A DNA stretch of 64,000 nt from Alphaproteobacteria bacterium. Its GTDB lineage: Bacteria; Pseudomonadota; Alphaproteobacteria; CAAHEQ01; UBA3637. Below the pieces are notes generated by a model that was not told the DNA's origin, searched no databases, and saw only the letters and a list, made by a program, of their open reading frames with translations. The stretch covers positions 10,422 through 74,421 of the forward strand of contig JAZOOQ010000059.1 in the NCBI GenBank assembly GCA_045655105.1, in the 5' to 3' direction. This document shows, in pieces, positions 41,024 to 51,496 of the stretch (its first letter is position 1; every line of letters starts with the position of its first letter). The position numbers and the translations under genes were made by a program.

Positions 41024-41694
41024 TGGGTCAAAAAGTTAATCCAACAGGTTTGCGCCTCGGCATCAACCGCACATGGGATTCACGTTGGTTCGCTGATGAA
41101 AATTATGCAGAATTATTGCATGAAGACATCAAAATTCGTGAATTCTTAACAAAGAAATTAGCAGCTGCTGGTATTAGCCACATCGTTATTGAACGTCCAG
41201 CTAAAAAAGCAATTGTTACAATTTATTGTGCACGTCCAGGCGTTATTATTGGTAAAAAAGGTCAAGATATTGACACACTCAAAAAAGAATTGACAGCTTT
41301 GTCACAAAACAATGATGTGAATGTTAATATCGTTGAAATTCGTAAACCAGAAATCAATGCTAAACTCGTTGCAGATAATATTGCACAACAACTTGAAAAA
41401 CGTATTTCATTCCGTCGTGCAATGAAACGTGCTGTTCAAGCAGCTTTACGCCAAGGTGCAGAAGGTATTCGTATCAACTGTGGTGGTCGTTTAGGCGGTG
41501 CTGAAATCGCTCGTACAGAATGGTATCGTGAAGGTCGTGTGCCTTTGCATACACTTCGTGCAGACGTTGATTACGGTGTATCAACAGCTCATACAGCTTA
41601 TGGTACATGCGGTATTAAAGTTTGGATTTACAAAGGTGACATCTTGGCTCATGATCCAATGGCTCAAGATAAACATTTGTCAGAACAACGCTAA
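41023..41694 (+). CDS. rpsC: 30S ribosomal protein S3
   Basis: [13 protein letters not shown]... Confidence 0.98.
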   Translation: MGQKVNPTGLRLGINRTWDSRWFADENYAELLHEDIKIREFLTKKLAAAGISHIVIERPAKKAIVTIYCARPGVIIGKKGQDIDTLKKELTALSQNNDVNVNIVEIRKPEINAKLVADNIAQQLEKRISFRRAMKRAVQAALRQGAEGIRINCGGRLGGAEIARTEWYREGRVPLHTLRADVDYGVSTAHTAYGTCGIKVWIYKGDILAHDPMAQDKHLSEQR

Positions 41695-41710
41695 TTAAAG
41701 GAACAAGAAG

Positions 41711-42127
41711 ATGTTAAGTCCTAAAAAAACAAAATTTCGTAAAGCATTTAAGGGTCGCATTCATGGCGACGCTAAATCAGCTACGACATTAGACTTCGGT
41801 GCCTTTGGTTTAAAAGCATTAGAACCAGAACGTATTACAGCTCGTCAAATCGAAGCTGCTCGTCGTGCTATTTCTCGTGCAATGAAGAGACAAGGTCGTC
41901 TGTGGATTCGTATTTTCCCAGATGTTCCTGTTTCAAAAAAGCCACCTGAAGTTCGTCAAGGTAAAGGTTCACCGGAATACTGGGTAGCTCGTGTGAAACC
42001 AGGTCGTATTATGTTTGAAGCTGACGGGGTTTCTGAAGAAATCGCACGTGAAGCGTTCAGATTGGCAGCTATGAAATTACCAATCAAGACTCGCTTTATT
42101 GTCAGAACAGCAGATGAAGAGGTATAA
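41711..42127 (+). CDS. rplP: 50S ribosomal protein L16
   Basis: [16 protein letters not shown]... Confidence 0.98.
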   Translation: MLSPKKTKFRKAFKGRIHGDAKSATTLDFGAFGLKALEPERITARQIEAARRAISRAMKRQGRLWIRIFPDVPVSKKPPEVRQGKGSPEYWVARVKPGRIMFEADGVSEEIAREAFRLAAMKLPIKTRFIVRTADEEV

Positions 42128-42130
42128 CTT

Positions 42131-42337
42131 ATGGAAAAATTTCAAGATTTAACGGCTAAAAGTGAAGCTGAATTGGCCGAATTAGAAGTTCAGTTGAAAA
42201 AAGAAGCCTTAAACTTACGATTCCAGCAAGCGGGCGGTGTTTTAAAGAACACCGCACGCCGCCGCCAGGTTCGTCGTGAGATCGCAAGAATTAAAACAGC
42301 AGCTGCTCAAAAAAAGAACAGCAAAAAAAGTGCATAA
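42131..42337 (+). CDS. rpmC: 50S ribosomal protein L29
   Basis: Size, helical pattern and operon position between L16 and S17. Confidence 0.93.
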   Translation: MEKFQDLTAKSEAELAELEVQLKKEALNLRFQQAGGVLKNTARRRQVRREIARIKTAAAQKKNSKKSA

Positions 42338-42349
42338 GGAGATATAAGA

Positions 42350-42589
42350 ATGCCTAAAAGAATTTTACAAGGTGTTGTTGTAAGCGATAAGATGGATAAA
42401 TCTGTCGTTGTTCGTGTTGAACGTCGTGTTATGCACCCTGTTTATAAAAAATACATCAAACGCAGTAAAAAATATACTGCACATGATGAAAACAATTTGT
42501 GCAAAGTCGGTGACGTTGTGCAAATTATCGAGAGCCGTCCATTATCTAAAACAAAAACTTGGGTAGTGGTTTCGGAAGAAAGTAAATAA
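42350..42589 (+). CDS. rpsQ: 30S ribosomal protein S17
   Basis: [16 protein letters not shown]... Confidence 0.97.
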   Translation: MPKRILQGVVVSDKMDKSVVVRVERRVMHPVYKKYIKRSKKYTAHDENNLCKVGDVVQIIESRPLSKTKTWVVVSEESK

Positions 42590-42618
42590 TTGGATTCTAA
42601 CTAAGGAAGGAAATACCA

Positions 42619-42987
42619 ATGATTCAAGTAGAAACAAACCTTGATGTTGCTGACAACTCTGGTGCATTGAAAGTTCAATGTATTAAAGTTATCGGTGGCT
42701 CAAAACGTAAGGTTGCTTCAGTCGGTGACGTAATTATCGTTTCCGTTAAAAAAGCAAAACCACGTGGGAAAGTCAAGAAAGGTGATGTTCAACGCGCTTT
42801 AATCGTTAGAACATCAAAAGAAATTCATAGACAAGATGGTACAGCCATTCGCTTTGATTCAAATGCGGTTGTTTTAGTGAACAAAGACGGTGAACCAATC
42901 GGCACACGTATCTTTGGCCCGGTTACCCGTGAATTACGCGCTAAAAACTATACCAAAATTATGTCTTTAGCTCCGGAGGTATTATAA
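42619..42987 (+). CDS. rplN: 50S ribosomal protein L14
   Basis: [16 protein letters not shown]... Confidence 0.98.
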   Translation: MIQVETNLDVADNSGALKVQCIKVIGGSKRKVASVGDVIIVSVKKAKPRGKVKKGDVQRALIVRTSKEIHRQDGTAIRFDSNAVVLVNKDGEPIGTRIFGPVTRELRAKNYTKIMSLAPEVL

Positions 42988-42988
42988 G

Positions 42989-43303
42989 ATGGCTATGAAA
43001 ATTAAAAAAGGTGATCAAGTAATTGTGATTACTGGCCGTGATAAAGGTAAAACAGGTGAAGTGATCAAATCAATGCCAAAAGAAAACAAAGTGATTGTTC
43101 AAGGCATCAATTTGGTTAAACGTCACACAAAACCAACTCAAGAATCAGCTGGCGGCATCGTTTCAAAAGAAGCCCCAATTCATGTTTCAAATGTTGCATT
43201 AATTGATCCAAAAGATGGTAAAGCAACAAGAGTCGGTTTCAAAGTTGAAGACGGTAAAAAAGTTCGTGTTTCAAAACGCTCAGGCGAAGTAATCAGTAAA
43301 TAA
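42989..43303 (+). CDS. rplX: 50S ribosomal protein L24
   Basis: [17 protein letters not shown] (KOW motif). Confidence 0.97.
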   Translation: MAMKIKKGDQVIVITGRDKGKTGEVIKSMPKENKVIVQGINLVKRHTKPTQESAGGIVSKEAPIHVSNVALIDPKDGKATRVGFKVEDGKKVRVSKRSGEVISK

Positions 43304-43314
43304 GGGAATACATC

Positions 43315-43857
43315 ATGACAGCAAGATTAAAAAAGAAATATGATGAAGAAATTGCTCCCGCTTTGTTAGCTAAATTTGGCTACAAAAACAAGATGGAACT
43401 CCCACGTTTAGATAAAATCGTTTTAAACATGGGTGTTGGGGAAGCAACTGAAGATCGTAAAGCTCTTGAAGGTGCTTTGAAAGACATGGAAGCCATTGCA
43501 GGTCAAAAACCTGTTTTGACTCATTCCAAAAAATCTATTGCCACATTCAAATTACGTGAAGGTATGCCAATCGGATGTAAAGTTACACTCCGTCGTGAAA
43601 AAATGTATGAATTTTTAGATCGTTTAATCACAATGGCTCTCCCACGCGTTCGTGACTTTAGAGGTGTCCCAAACAAAAGTTTTGATGGCCATGGCAACTA
43701 TGCTTTTGGTTTGAAAGAACAAATCGTTTTCCTCGAAATCAACTATGATACAGTTGATAAAATCAGAGGTATGGACATTGTTATCGCAACAACAGCTAAA
43801 ACAGACGAAGAAGCTAAAGCTCTCTTAGCCGGTTTTGGTATGCCATTTATGAAATAA
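43315..43857 (+). CDS. rplE: 50S ribosomal protein L5
   Basis: Operon order and [16 protein letters not shown]. Confidence 0.97.
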   Translation: MTARLKKKYDEEIAPALLAKFGYKNKMELPRLDKIVLNMGVGEATEDRKALEGALKDMEAIAGQKPVLTHSKKSIATFKLREGMPIGCKVTLRREKMYEFLDRLITMALPRVRDFRGVPNKSFDGHGNYAFGLKEQIVFLEINYDTVDKIRGMDIVIATTAKTDEEAKALLAGFGMPFMK

Positions 43858-43868
43858 GGAATGAGAAC

Positions 43869-44174
43869 ATGTCAAAAAAATGTTTAATTAATAGAAACTT
43901 AAAGCGCGAAAAAATGGTGAAAAAATTCGCCAACAAACGTGCAGAGTTAAAGGCTATTGTTGCGGATCCTAATGCTACACCAGAACAACGCTGGGAAGCT
44001 GGTATCAAATTAGCCAAGTTACCAAGAAACTCTTCTCAAACAAGAGTTCACAGACGCTGTAAATTAACAGGTCGTTCACATGGTAACTATCGTAAATTAG
44101 AAATGAGTCGTATCCAGTTAAGAAAATTGGCCAACGAAGGTCAAATCCCTGGTATGACAAAGTCAAGTTGGTAA
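43869..44174 (+). CDS. rpsN: 30S ribosomal protein S14 (long form)
   Basis: 101 aa, ends ...IPGMTKSSW. Confidence 0.97.
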   Translation: MSKKCLINRNLKREKMVKKFANKRAELKAIVADPNATPEQRWEAGIKLAKLPRNSSQTRVHRRCKLTGRSHGNYRKLEMSRIQLRKLANEGQIPGMTKSSW

Positions 44175-44186
44175 GGAGGACGCAAC

Positions 44187-44585
44187 ATGTCTATGACAGA
44201 TCCTTTGGGCGATATGCTCACACGCATCAGAAATGGTGGGCAAGCTCATAAAAGTTTTGTAACTGCTCCTGCTTCAAAATTACGCGCTAGCGTCTTAGAA
44301 GTTTTGAAAAGAGAAGGTTACATTCGTGATTTTGAACGCATTGATGTCCGTCCAGGTGTCAGCGAATTCAAAATTGAATTAAAATATTTTGAAGATAAAC
44401 CGGTTATCAAAGAAATCCAACGTGTTTCAACACCAGGTCGCCGTGTTTATTCAAAAGTTAAAGATTTACCAAGATTTTACAACGGTCTCGGTATCTATGT
44501 TTTATCAACACCATCAGGCGTTATGTCTGATCATGAAGCTCGTCAAGCCAATTTGGGTGGCGAAGTTTTATGTAAAGTATTTTAA
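44187..44585 (+). CDS. rpsH: 30S ribosomal protein S8
   Basis: DPLGDMLTRIRNG... Confidence 0.98.
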   Translation: MSMTDPLGDMLTRIRNGGQAHKSFVTAPASKLRASVLEVLKREGYIRDFERIDVRPGVSEFKIELKYFEDKPVIKEIQRVSTPGRRVYSKVKDLPRFYNGLGIYVLSTPSGVMSDHEARQANLGGEVLCKVF

Positions 44586-44597
44586 TAGGAGGAAGAT

Positions 44598-45131
44598 ATG
44601 TCACGTATTGGTAAACATCCTGTTAAATTACCTGCCGGTGTTACAGCCACAATTTCTGCCAATGAAATCGTTATCAAAGGCAAATTGGGTGAATTAAAAG
44701 CCACACTTCCAGCTGGTGTTTCAGTGAAATTGGAAAATGACGAAGTTGTTGTTCGTCCAGTTTCAGAAACAAAAGAACACCGCATGTTGTGGGGCACAAT
44801 GCGCGCTAATATCCAAAATATGGTTATTGGTGTTTCAGAAGGCTTTAAACGCAAATTAGAATTAATCGGTGTTGGTTACAAAGCTCAAGCTCAAGGCACA
44901 AAACTTAAACTTTCTTTAGGTTACAGCCACGATATCGATTATGAAATGCCAGCTGGCGTTCAATGCGTAACTCCTCAACCAACAGTTATTGAATTAACAA
45001 GTGCTGATAAGCAATTGGTTGGACAAGTTGCCTCTGAAATTCGTTCTTATCGTTCACCTGAACCGTATAAAGGCAAAGGGGTTAAATATGAAGAAGAAAC
45101 CGTTTTGCGTAAAGTCGGTAAGAAGAAATAA
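44598..45131 (+). CDS. rplF: 50S ribosomal protein L6
   Basis: [15 protein letters not shown]... Confidence 0.98.
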   Translation: MSRIGKHPVKLPAGVTATISANEIVIKGKLGELKATLPAGVSVKLENDEVVVRPVSETKEHRMLWGTMRANIQNMVIGVSEGFKRKLELIGVGYKAQAQGTKLKLSLGYSHDIDYEMPAGVQCVTPQPTVIELTSADKQLVGQVASEIRSYRSPEPYKGKGVKYEEETVLRKVGKKK

Positions 45132-45142
45132 AGGATAGAAAA

Positions 45143-45493
45143 ATGAAACAAATTACAAAACATGACCGTCGTAAAGCGCGCATTCGCTGGGGTTTGAAAC
45201 AAAACGCTGGTGGACGCTTAAGATTATCAGTGTATCGTTCTGAAAAGAACATTTACGCTCAAATTATTGACGATTCAAAAGGTGTGACTTTGGTTTCTGC
45301 TTCTTCAAAAGATAAAGAAATCACAGCTAAAGGTTCAACAGTTGCAGGTGCTGCTGCTGTTGGTAAGCTTGTTGCTGAAAGAGCTATCAAAGCAGGCCTT
45401 AAAGAAGTCGTTTTTGACCGTAGCGGTTATTTATATCATGGCCGAGTCAAAGCGGTTGCAGAAGCAGCTCGTGAAGCCGGATTATCTTTCTAG
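45143..45493 (+). CDS. rplR: 50S ribosomal protein L18
   Basis: Operon order and [24 protein letters not shown]. Confidence 0.97.
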   Translation: MKQITKHDRRKARIRWGLKQNAGGRLRLSVYRSEKNIYAQIIDDSKGVTLVSASSKDKEITAKGSTVAGAAAVGKLVAERAIKAGLKEVVFDRSGYLYHGRVKAVAEAAREAGLSF

Positions 45494-45502
45494 GAGAAAA
45501 CA

Positions 45503-46096
45503 ATGGCAGAAAATGAAATTCAAGAAAAGAAACGTCGTCCTCGCAAAGATCGCGAAGCTGATGTTAAAATGGAAAGAGCTGCAGATGAATTCACAGATCG
45601 CGTGATTCACGTTAATCGTGTTTCTAAAACAGTTAAAGGTGGTAAAAGATTTGCTTTTGCAGCTTTAGTTGTTGTCGGAGACCAAAAAGGACGTTTAGGT
45701 TTTGCTCATGCAAAAGCTAAAGAAGTTCCAGATGCAATTAAAAAAGCAACAGAACGTGCTCGTCGCAATTTGATTCGTGTTCCTTTAAGAGAAGGTCGCA
45801 CATTACATCATGACGTTCTTGGCACATTTGGTGCTGGCCACGTAACACTTAGAACAGCTCCTGCTGGTACTGGTATTATTGCTGGTGGTCCTATGCGTGC
45901 TATTTTTGAAGTGATGGGTATTCAAGACGTTGTTGCAAAATGCACAGGTTCTTCAAACCCACATAACATGGTTCGTGCAACATTTAATGCATTAACATCT
46001 TTGTATTCACCAAGAACAATTGCTGCAAAGCGTGGTAAAAAAGTTGGTGATATCGTCAGCCGCCGTGATGGTGCTGTCGCCAAAGATGCTGAATAA
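45503..46096 (+). CDS. rpsE: 30S ribosomal protein S5
   Basis: [24 protein letters not shown]... Confidence 0.98.
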   Translation: MAENEIQEKKRRPRKDREADVKMERAADEFTDRVIHVNRVSKTVKGGKRFAFAALVVVGDQKGRLGFAHAKAKEVPDAIKKATERARRNLIRVPLREGRTLHHDVLGTFGAGHVTLRTAPAGTGIIAGGPMRAIFEVMGIQDVVAKCTGSSNPHNMVRATFNALTSLYSPRTIAAKRGKKVGDIVSRRDGAVAKDAE

Positions 46097-46107
46097 GGAA
46101 GTAAGCT

Positions 46108-46647
46108 ATGAAATTAAATCAAATTCGTGATAACAAAGGGGCTCGTAAAGAGTCAATGCGTGTTGCACGTGGTGTCGGTTCTGGAAAAGGCCGCACAGGT
46201 GGACGCGGGTTCAAAGGTCAAAAATCAAGAACTGGTGTTTCCATTAAAGGATTTGAAGGCGGTCAAATGCCGATCTTCCGTCGCTTACCACGTCGTGGAT
46301 TCAACAATCCATTACGTATGAGCTACGTTGAAATCAATTTGGGAACAATCCAAAAAGCAATCGATGCTTCTATTTTAGCAGCAGATCAAGAAATTAACGG
46401 TGTTTCATTAATGGAAGCTGGCTTGATCAAACATGTTAAAGATGGCGTTCGCTTGTTGGCAACTGGTACATTAACAAGCAAAGTTACAATTCGTGTAGCT
46501 GGTGCTTCAAAAGCTGCTCAAACAGCTGTTGAAAATGCTGGTGGTCAATTGATTTTAGAACCAAAAAAAGAAACAGTTCTTGTTAAAGGTCAAAAGACTT
46601 CTAAAAAAGAACCAAAAACAGCCCCAAAAAAAACAAAAAAAGCATAA
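46108..46647 (+). CDS. rplO: 50S ribosomal protein L15
   Basis: [22 protein letters not shown]. It starts 11 nt after rpsE and has a Lys-rich C-terminal tail. Confidence 0.97.
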   Translation: MKLNQIRDNKGARKESMRVARGVGSGKGRTGGRGFKGQKSRTGVSIKGFEGGQMPIFRRLPRRGFNNPLRMSYVEINLGTIQKAIDASILAADQEINGVSLMEAGLIKHVKDGVRLLATGTLTSKVTIRVAGASKAAQTAVENAGGQLILEPKKETVLVKGQKTSKKEPKTAPKKTKKA

Positions 46648-46673
46648 TATAAAAAAATAAGGAGAGAACAACA

Positions 46674-48005
46674 ATGGCGTCAATGTCTGATAAATTATCA
46701 TCAAATATGGATTTTTCTGCTTTTTCAAAAGCAAAAGATCTTCAGAAGCGGTTGTTGTTCACCTTATTTGCTTTAATTGTGTTTCGTTTGGGAACATATA
46801 TTCCATTGCCAGGAATTAACCCCTCTGTTTTAAATGAGTTTTTCTCTGAAAACAGCGGGGGTCTCCTTGGCATGTTTAACGCTTTTACGGGGGGCGCTTT
46901 ATCCCGTATGTCAATTTTAGCATTGAACATTATGCCATATATTTCGGCATCTATTATTGTTCAATTAGGCACAAGCGTTTTACCTTCTTTGAGTGCTTTG
47001 AAAAAAGAAGGCGAATCGGGTTTTAGAAAAATTAATCAATATACCCGTTATTTAACAGTTTTAATTACAGTTGTTCAAGCGTTCTTTATGGCTCAAGCGC
47101 TTGAAAATGGAAATGCGGTGATTATGCCATCTCATTTCATGTTTGAGTTATCAACTATTGTATCATTATTAGGCGGAACAATGTTTGTTGTTTGGCTTGG
47201 AGAGCAAATCACTGCTCGGGGTGTTGGAAATGGCGCCTCTTTAATTATTATGACTGGTATCGTTGCTGGTATTCCTGGTGCAATGGTTCGTGTTTTTGAA
47301 GAAAACAGAGTAGGGGCTTTATCAACTCCATTATTGCTTTTCTTGGTATTATTAACATTTGCAACGATTTATATTGTTGTTTTCGTTGAAAGAGCTCAAC
47401 GCAGAATTCCAATTCAATATCCAAAACGCCAAATGGGTAACAGAATGATGCAAGGTGCAAATTCTCACTTGCCACTTAAAATTAATCCAACTGGTGTGAT
47501 GCCTCCAATTTTTGCAAGTGCAATTTTGGCAGTTCCATTGGCAATTGTTCAATTTTCTTCTAAAGAATCAACATCTGATGTTGTGAACTCTTTAGCTGTT
47601 GCATTGAATCCAGGAAATTGGTTATATTTGCTTACATTTGCATCTTTAATCTTTTTCTTTACATTCTTTTACACAGGTATTCAATCTAATCCAACAGAAA
47701 CAGCCGATAATTTGAAGAAACAAGGTGGTTTTGTTGCGGGAATTCGTCCAGGAAAACAAACAGCTGAATATTTGGATTATGTTATTTCAAGATTAACATT
47801 TGTTGGAGCAACATATTTAACACTTTTATGTGTTGTTCCTGAAGTTTTGATTGCACAATTAGGTGTACCATTTGTTTTGGGAGGAACAACGCTTTTGATT
47901 GTGGTTTCTGTTATTATGGAAACAGTTTCACAAATTCAATCCCATTTGATTGCTCACAGATATGAAGGATTGATCAAAAAAGCAAAATTAAAAGGTCGTT
48001 TATAA
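46674..48005 (+). CDS. secY: protein translocase subunit SecY
   Basis: 10-TM pattern and the LFTLFALIVFRLGTYIPLPGINP N-terminus. Operon position fits. Confidence 0.97.
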   Translation: MASMSDKLSSNMDFSAFSKAKDLQKRLLFTLFALIVFRLGTYIPLPGINPSVLNEFFSENSGGLLGMFNAFTGGALSRMSILALNIMPYISASIIVQLGTSVLPSLSALKKEGESGFRKINQYTRYLTVLITVVQAFFMAQALENGNAVIMPSHFMFELSTIVSLLGGTMFVVWLGEQITARGVGNGASLIIMTGIVAGIPGAMVRVFEENRVGALSTPLLLFLVLLTFATIYIVVFVERAQRRIPIQYPKRQMGNRMMQGANSHLPLKINPTGVMPPIFASAILAVPLAIVQFSSKESTSDVVNSLAVALNPGNWLYLLTFASLIFFFTFFYTGIQSNPTETADNLKKQGGFVAGIRPGKQTAEYLDYVISRLTFVGATYLTLLCVVPEVLIAQLGVPFVLGGTTLLIVVSVIMETVSQIQSHLIAHRYEGLIKKAKLKGRL

Positions 48006-48026
48006 TCAACAAAAAGGGGAATAGGG

Positions 48027-48704
48027 ATGCAAACACCAAAAAGACATATCGTATTGATGGGAGCGCCGGGTAGCGGCAAGGGAACGCAAGGCGCTATTTT
48101 AGCTGAAAAGCTTGGAATTAAATCATTTTCAATGGGTGATATTTTAAGAGGTGTTGCAAAAGGAGAGTCAAAAGAAGCTGAATCAATTAAAAAATTAATT
48201 GATAAGGGGCGTATGGTTCCAAATAAATTAGCTGTTCGTTTGATGGAAAATGAGTTGCTGAAACCTGAAAATGCAGAAGGCTATATTTTAGATGGATTTC
48301 CAAGAGAGTTGCCACAAGCAAAAGTATTGGATAAAGATTTAGCATCACGCAAATATAAAAAATATAATATGGGCGTGGATTTGGTATTGCTTTTACAAGT
48401 GCCAGACGATTATGTGATTGATCGGATTATTGGTCGTTATCAATGTGCAAAATGTAAAGAGCTTTACCATGAAAAGTTTAAACAACCAAAACAATTTGGC
48501 ATTTGCGATGTTTGTGGTTGTAAAGAATTTACAAGGCGGGCTGACGATACCTATGAAACGGTTGTATCTAGACTCCGGACGTTCCGCTCTGTAACGGCTC
48601 CAGTTATACCTTACTACGAACAAAAGGGGCTCTTAGTGTGCGTTGATGGGACGGGACCCATTGACGTTGTTAGTGAAAAAATAAGAAAAATAGTAGGCTA
48701 TTGA
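48027..48704 (+). CDS. adk: adenylate kinase (long lid with four Cys)
   Basis: P-loop GAPGSGKGTQG. The lid has CAKC...CDVCGC. Confidence 0.95.
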   Translation: MQTPKRHIVLMGAPGSGKGTQGAILAEKLGIKSFSMGDILRGVAKGESKEAESIKKLIDKGRMVPNKLAVRLMENELLKPENAEGYILDGFPRELPQAKVLDKDLASRKYKKYNMGVDLVLLLQVPDDYVIDRIIGRYQCAKCKELYHEKFKQPKQFGICDVCGCKEFTRRADDTYETVVSRLRTFRSVTAPVIPYYEQKGLLVCVDGTGPIDVVSEKIRKIVGY

Positions 48705-48712
48705 TTTAGCGC

Positions 48713-48741
48713 TTGACACTAAACGAAAAATAGTATATAAT
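48713..48741 (+). promoter_or_regulatory. perfect-consensus sigma70 promoter for rpsM-rpsK-rpoA-rplQ
   Basis: TTGACA (48713-48718), exactly 17 nt, TATAAT (48736-48741). Confidence 0.75.
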
Positions 48742-48820
48742 TCCCACTCGTTTAAGTGTCTAGTCGTAATGATTAGATGAAATAGTTATTATTTTTTATT
48801 AGGTTAATGGAGAAAGTACC

Positions 48821-49198
48821 TTGGCACGTATTGCTGGTGTAAATATACCGACCTCTAAAATTGTTGTTATCGGTTTAACATATATTTATGGTATCGGTCG
48901 GAAAAAAGCTGAAGAAATTTGCAGCACTCTTAATATTGATTCACATAAACGTGTGAATGAATTAACAGACGAAGAAACATTGAAAATTCGCGAATTAATT
49001 GACAATAATTATCGCGTTGAAGGTGACTTGCGTCGTGAAGTATCTTTAAACATCAAACGTTTGATGGATTTAGGTTGTTATCGTGGTTTGCGTCATCGTA
49101 AAGGGTTGCCTGTTCGTGGACAACGCACTCATACGAACGCTCGTACTCGCAAAGGTAAAGCAGTTGCCATTGCAGGTAAGAAAAAAGTAACAAAGTAA
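48821..49198 (+). CDS. rpsM: 30S ribosomal protein S13 (TTG start)
   Basis: (M)ARIAGVNIP... begins at TTG 48821, with GGAGA 7 nt upstream. Confidence 0.96.
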   Translation: MARIAGVNIPTSKIVVIGLTYIYGIGRKKAEEICSTLNIDSHKRVNELTDEETLKIRELIDNNYRVEGDLRREVSLNIKRLMDLGCYRGLRHRKGLPVRGQRTHTNARTRKGKAVAIAGKKKVTK

Positions 49199-49215
49199 TT
49201 TAGAAAGGGTATTTT

Positions 49216-49611
49216 ATGGCTGAAAAGAAAGTCGCAACGCGAACAAAAAATCGCGATAGAAAGAATATCTCTGTGGGCGTTGCTCATGTGAATTCTACGT
49301 TTAATAATACAATGGTAACCATTACAGATACACAAGGAAACACAATTTCTTGGTCATCTGCTGGTTTAAAAGGATTTAAAGGTTCAAGAAAATCAACACC
49401 ATATGCTGCTCAAATGGCTGCTGATGATGCTGCTCGTAAAGCAGTTGAACATGGTTTGAAAACAATTGATGTTTTGGTCACAGGTCCTGGTTCAGGCCGT
49501 GAATCAGCTCTTCGTGCTTTTCAAGCTGTTGGTTTGGTTATCACATCTATTAAGGATATTACCTCAATTCCGCACAATGGCTGCCGCGCACGTAAACGTC
49601 GCAGAGTCTAA
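49216..49611 (+). CDS. rpsK: 30S ribosomal protein S11
   Basis: [18 protein letters not shown]... Confidence 0.98.
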   Translation: MAEKKVATRTKNRDRKNISVGVAHVNSTFNNTMVTITDTQGNTISWSSAGLKGFKGSRKSTPYAAQMAADDAARKAVEHGLKTIDVLVTGPGSGRESALRAFQAVGLVITSIKDITSIPHNGCRARKRRRV

Positions 49612-49623
49612 TTGTATTGTATA

Positions 49624-49658
49624 AGAAGAAGAAACAGTTCTTCTTCTCAACTTTTTTT
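49624..49658 (+). terminator. intra-operon hairpin with T-run between rpsK and rpoA (attenuator/partial terminator)
   Basis: A 10-bp stem AGAAGAAGAA / TTCTTCTTCT with loop ACAG, then CAAC and TTTTTTT. Confidence 0.4.
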
Positions 49659-49675
49659 GTAAAGGGAACCTTATA

Positions 49676-50689
49676 ATGATTCAAAAAAACTGGCAAGATT
49701 TGATTAAACCGTCTAACCTTTCCGTGGATACACATGTTCCAGGGTTTAAGGCAACGATGGTGGTTGAACCTTTAGAAAGAGGCTTTGGGACAACATTAGG
49801 AAACGCTTTACGCCGTATTTTGCTTTCATCACTTCAAGGTGGTGCTGTTAATGCAATTAAAATTGATGGCGTTTTGCATGAGTTTTCATCAATTCCAGGT
49901 GTGCGTGAAGATGTAACAGAAATTATCTTGAACATCAAAGGATTGGCTTTAAAAGTTGAATCTGAAACACCTCAACGTATTTATTTGAACGCAACAGGCC
50001 CTTGTGTTGTTACTGCTGGTCAAATTACAACGAATCAAAGCGTTGAAATTATGAATCCAGAAGCAGTTATCTGCACATTAGATGCTGGTGCTTCAATTAA
50101 TATTGAAATGATGGTTTCAACAGGTAAAGGATATGTTGTTGCCTCTCAAAACAGACCGGAAGATTGCCCAATTGGTTTGATCCCAATTGATTCTGTTTAT
50201 TCTCCGGTTAAATCAGTTGTCTATAAAGTTGTTAACGCTCGCGTTGGTCAACAAACAGACTATGATAAACTTTATTTAACAGTTGAAACAAATGGTGTTG
50301 TTTCTCCAGAAGATGCAGTTGCTTTAGCTGCTCGCATTATGCAAGAACAACTTAAATCATTCATCAACTTTGAAGAACCTGAAGAAGCAACAATTGAAGA
50401 TAAAATTGCAGAATTGCCATTTAATAAAAACTTGTTGCTCAAAGTGGATGAACTTGAATTATCTGTTCGTTCTGCAAACTGTTTGAAAAACGACAACATT
50501 ATTTACATTGGTGATTTGGTCCAAAAAACAGAATCTGAAATGCTCAGAACTCCAAACTTTGGTCGTAAATCATTAAATGAAATCAAAGAATTATTGGCCG
50601 AAATGGACTTGCACCTCGGTATGCAAGTTGAAGGTTGGCCACCAGAAGATTTAGAAGTTTTATCTGCAACAGTAGATACAGAAAACTAA
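49676..50689 (+). CDS. rpoA: DNA-directed RNA polymerase subunit alpha
   Basis: [21 protein letters not shown] and the C-terminal domain block [11 protein letters not shown]. Confidence 0.98.
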   Translation: MIQKNWQDLIKPSNLSVDTHVPGFKATMVVEPLERGFGTTLGNALRRILLSSLQGGAVNAIKIDGVLHEFSSIPGVREDVTEIILNIKGLALKVESETPQRIYLNATGPCVVTAGQITTNQSVEIMNPEAVICTLDAGASINIEMMVSTGKGYVVASQNRPEDCPIGLIPIDSVYSPVKSVVYKVVNARVGQQTDYDKLYLTVETNGVVSPEDAVALAARIMQEQLKSFINFEEPEEATIEDKIAELPFNKNLLLKVDELELSVRSANCLKNDNIIYIGDLVQKTESEMLRTPNFGRKSLNEIKELLAEMDLHLGMQVEGWPPEDLEVLSATVDTEN

Positions 50690-50820
50690 TAAGTCAGAAA
50701 AATCGTCGAAGTTGTTTTCGGCGTCTGGCCTTTACATTGCCAAGGTTGGAGGTGTGGATGGTCAGCATGTATTATCAGCTTTGCGCGTCAAGGCTTTAGT
50801 GATGAAGAAAGGAATGAAAA

Positions 50821-51300
50821 ATGCGTCACGGATTTAAAAAAAGAACATTGAATAAAAAAGCAGCTCATCGCCGTTCAATGTTTGCAAATATGGCTGTTTC
50901 TTTAATTAAACATGAACAAATTAAAACAACATTGCCAAAAGCAAAAGAGTTGCGCCCGATTGTTGAAAAATTAATCACAAAAGGAAAGATAAACACATTG
51001 CACGTTCGTCGTCAATTGATTTCTTTCTTACGTGACGAAGCAATGGTTGAAAAACTTTTAACTGTTTTGGCTCCACGTTACCAATCTCGTCCAGGTGGAT
51101 ATGTTCGTGTTTTAAAAGCAGGTTTCCGTTTTGGTGACTGCGCTCCAATGGGTATCATTGAACTTGTTGACAGAGATGTAACAGCTAAAGGCAAAGATTC
51201 CGCTCAAGTTGTTGAAGTTGCTGAAGAAGTTGTTGTTGAAAAACCAGCTAAAGCAAAAAGAACAACAAAAAAAGCAGTTAAAGAAGAAACAGCTGAATAA
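50821..51300 (+). CDS. rplQ: 50S ribosomal protein L17
   Basis: [25 protein letters not shown]..., with a charged C-terminal extension. Confidence 0.97.
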   Translation: MRHGFKKRTLNKKAAHRRSMFANMAVSLIKHEQIKTTLPKAKELRPIVEKLITKGKINTLHVRRQLISFLRDEAMVEKLLTVLAPRYQSRPGGYVRVLKAGFRFGDCAPMGIIELVDRDVTAKGKDSAQVVEVAEEVVVEKPAKAKRTTKKAVKEETAE

Positions 51301-51326
51301 GACTATTTCAACTTAAACGCTTAAAA

Positions 51327-51351
51327 CCCCCGAAAATATCGGGGGTTTTTT
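51327..51351 (+). terminator. rho-independent terminator after rplQ
   Basis: CCCCCGA-AAATA-TCGGGGG followed by TTTTTT. Confidence 0.9.
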
Positions 51352-51461
51352 GTTTGTGATGAGTAAATTAGAAAATCATTTCAATTTTTTTGTAAAGATA
51401 AAATATTTAAAGTTAATAGTGAAAAATTTGGTTTATTAATTACAGATACAATTTTTTTAAT

Positions 51462-51490
51462 TTGACATAAAAATCATTTTGTGACATACT
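51462..51490 (+). promoter_or_regulatory. sigma70 promoter (extended -10) driving a structured leader
   Basis: TTGACA (51462-51467), 17-nt spacer ending TGa, then CATACT (51485-51490). Confidence 0.55.
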
Positions 51491-51496
51491 TTTTTC

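Noticed and set aside
48400-48560. Four-cysteine (CxxC...CxxC) lid in adenylate kinase as an unusual feature
   Set aside because: Zn-binding long-lid Adk variants are widespread in bacteria. It is not informative by itself.
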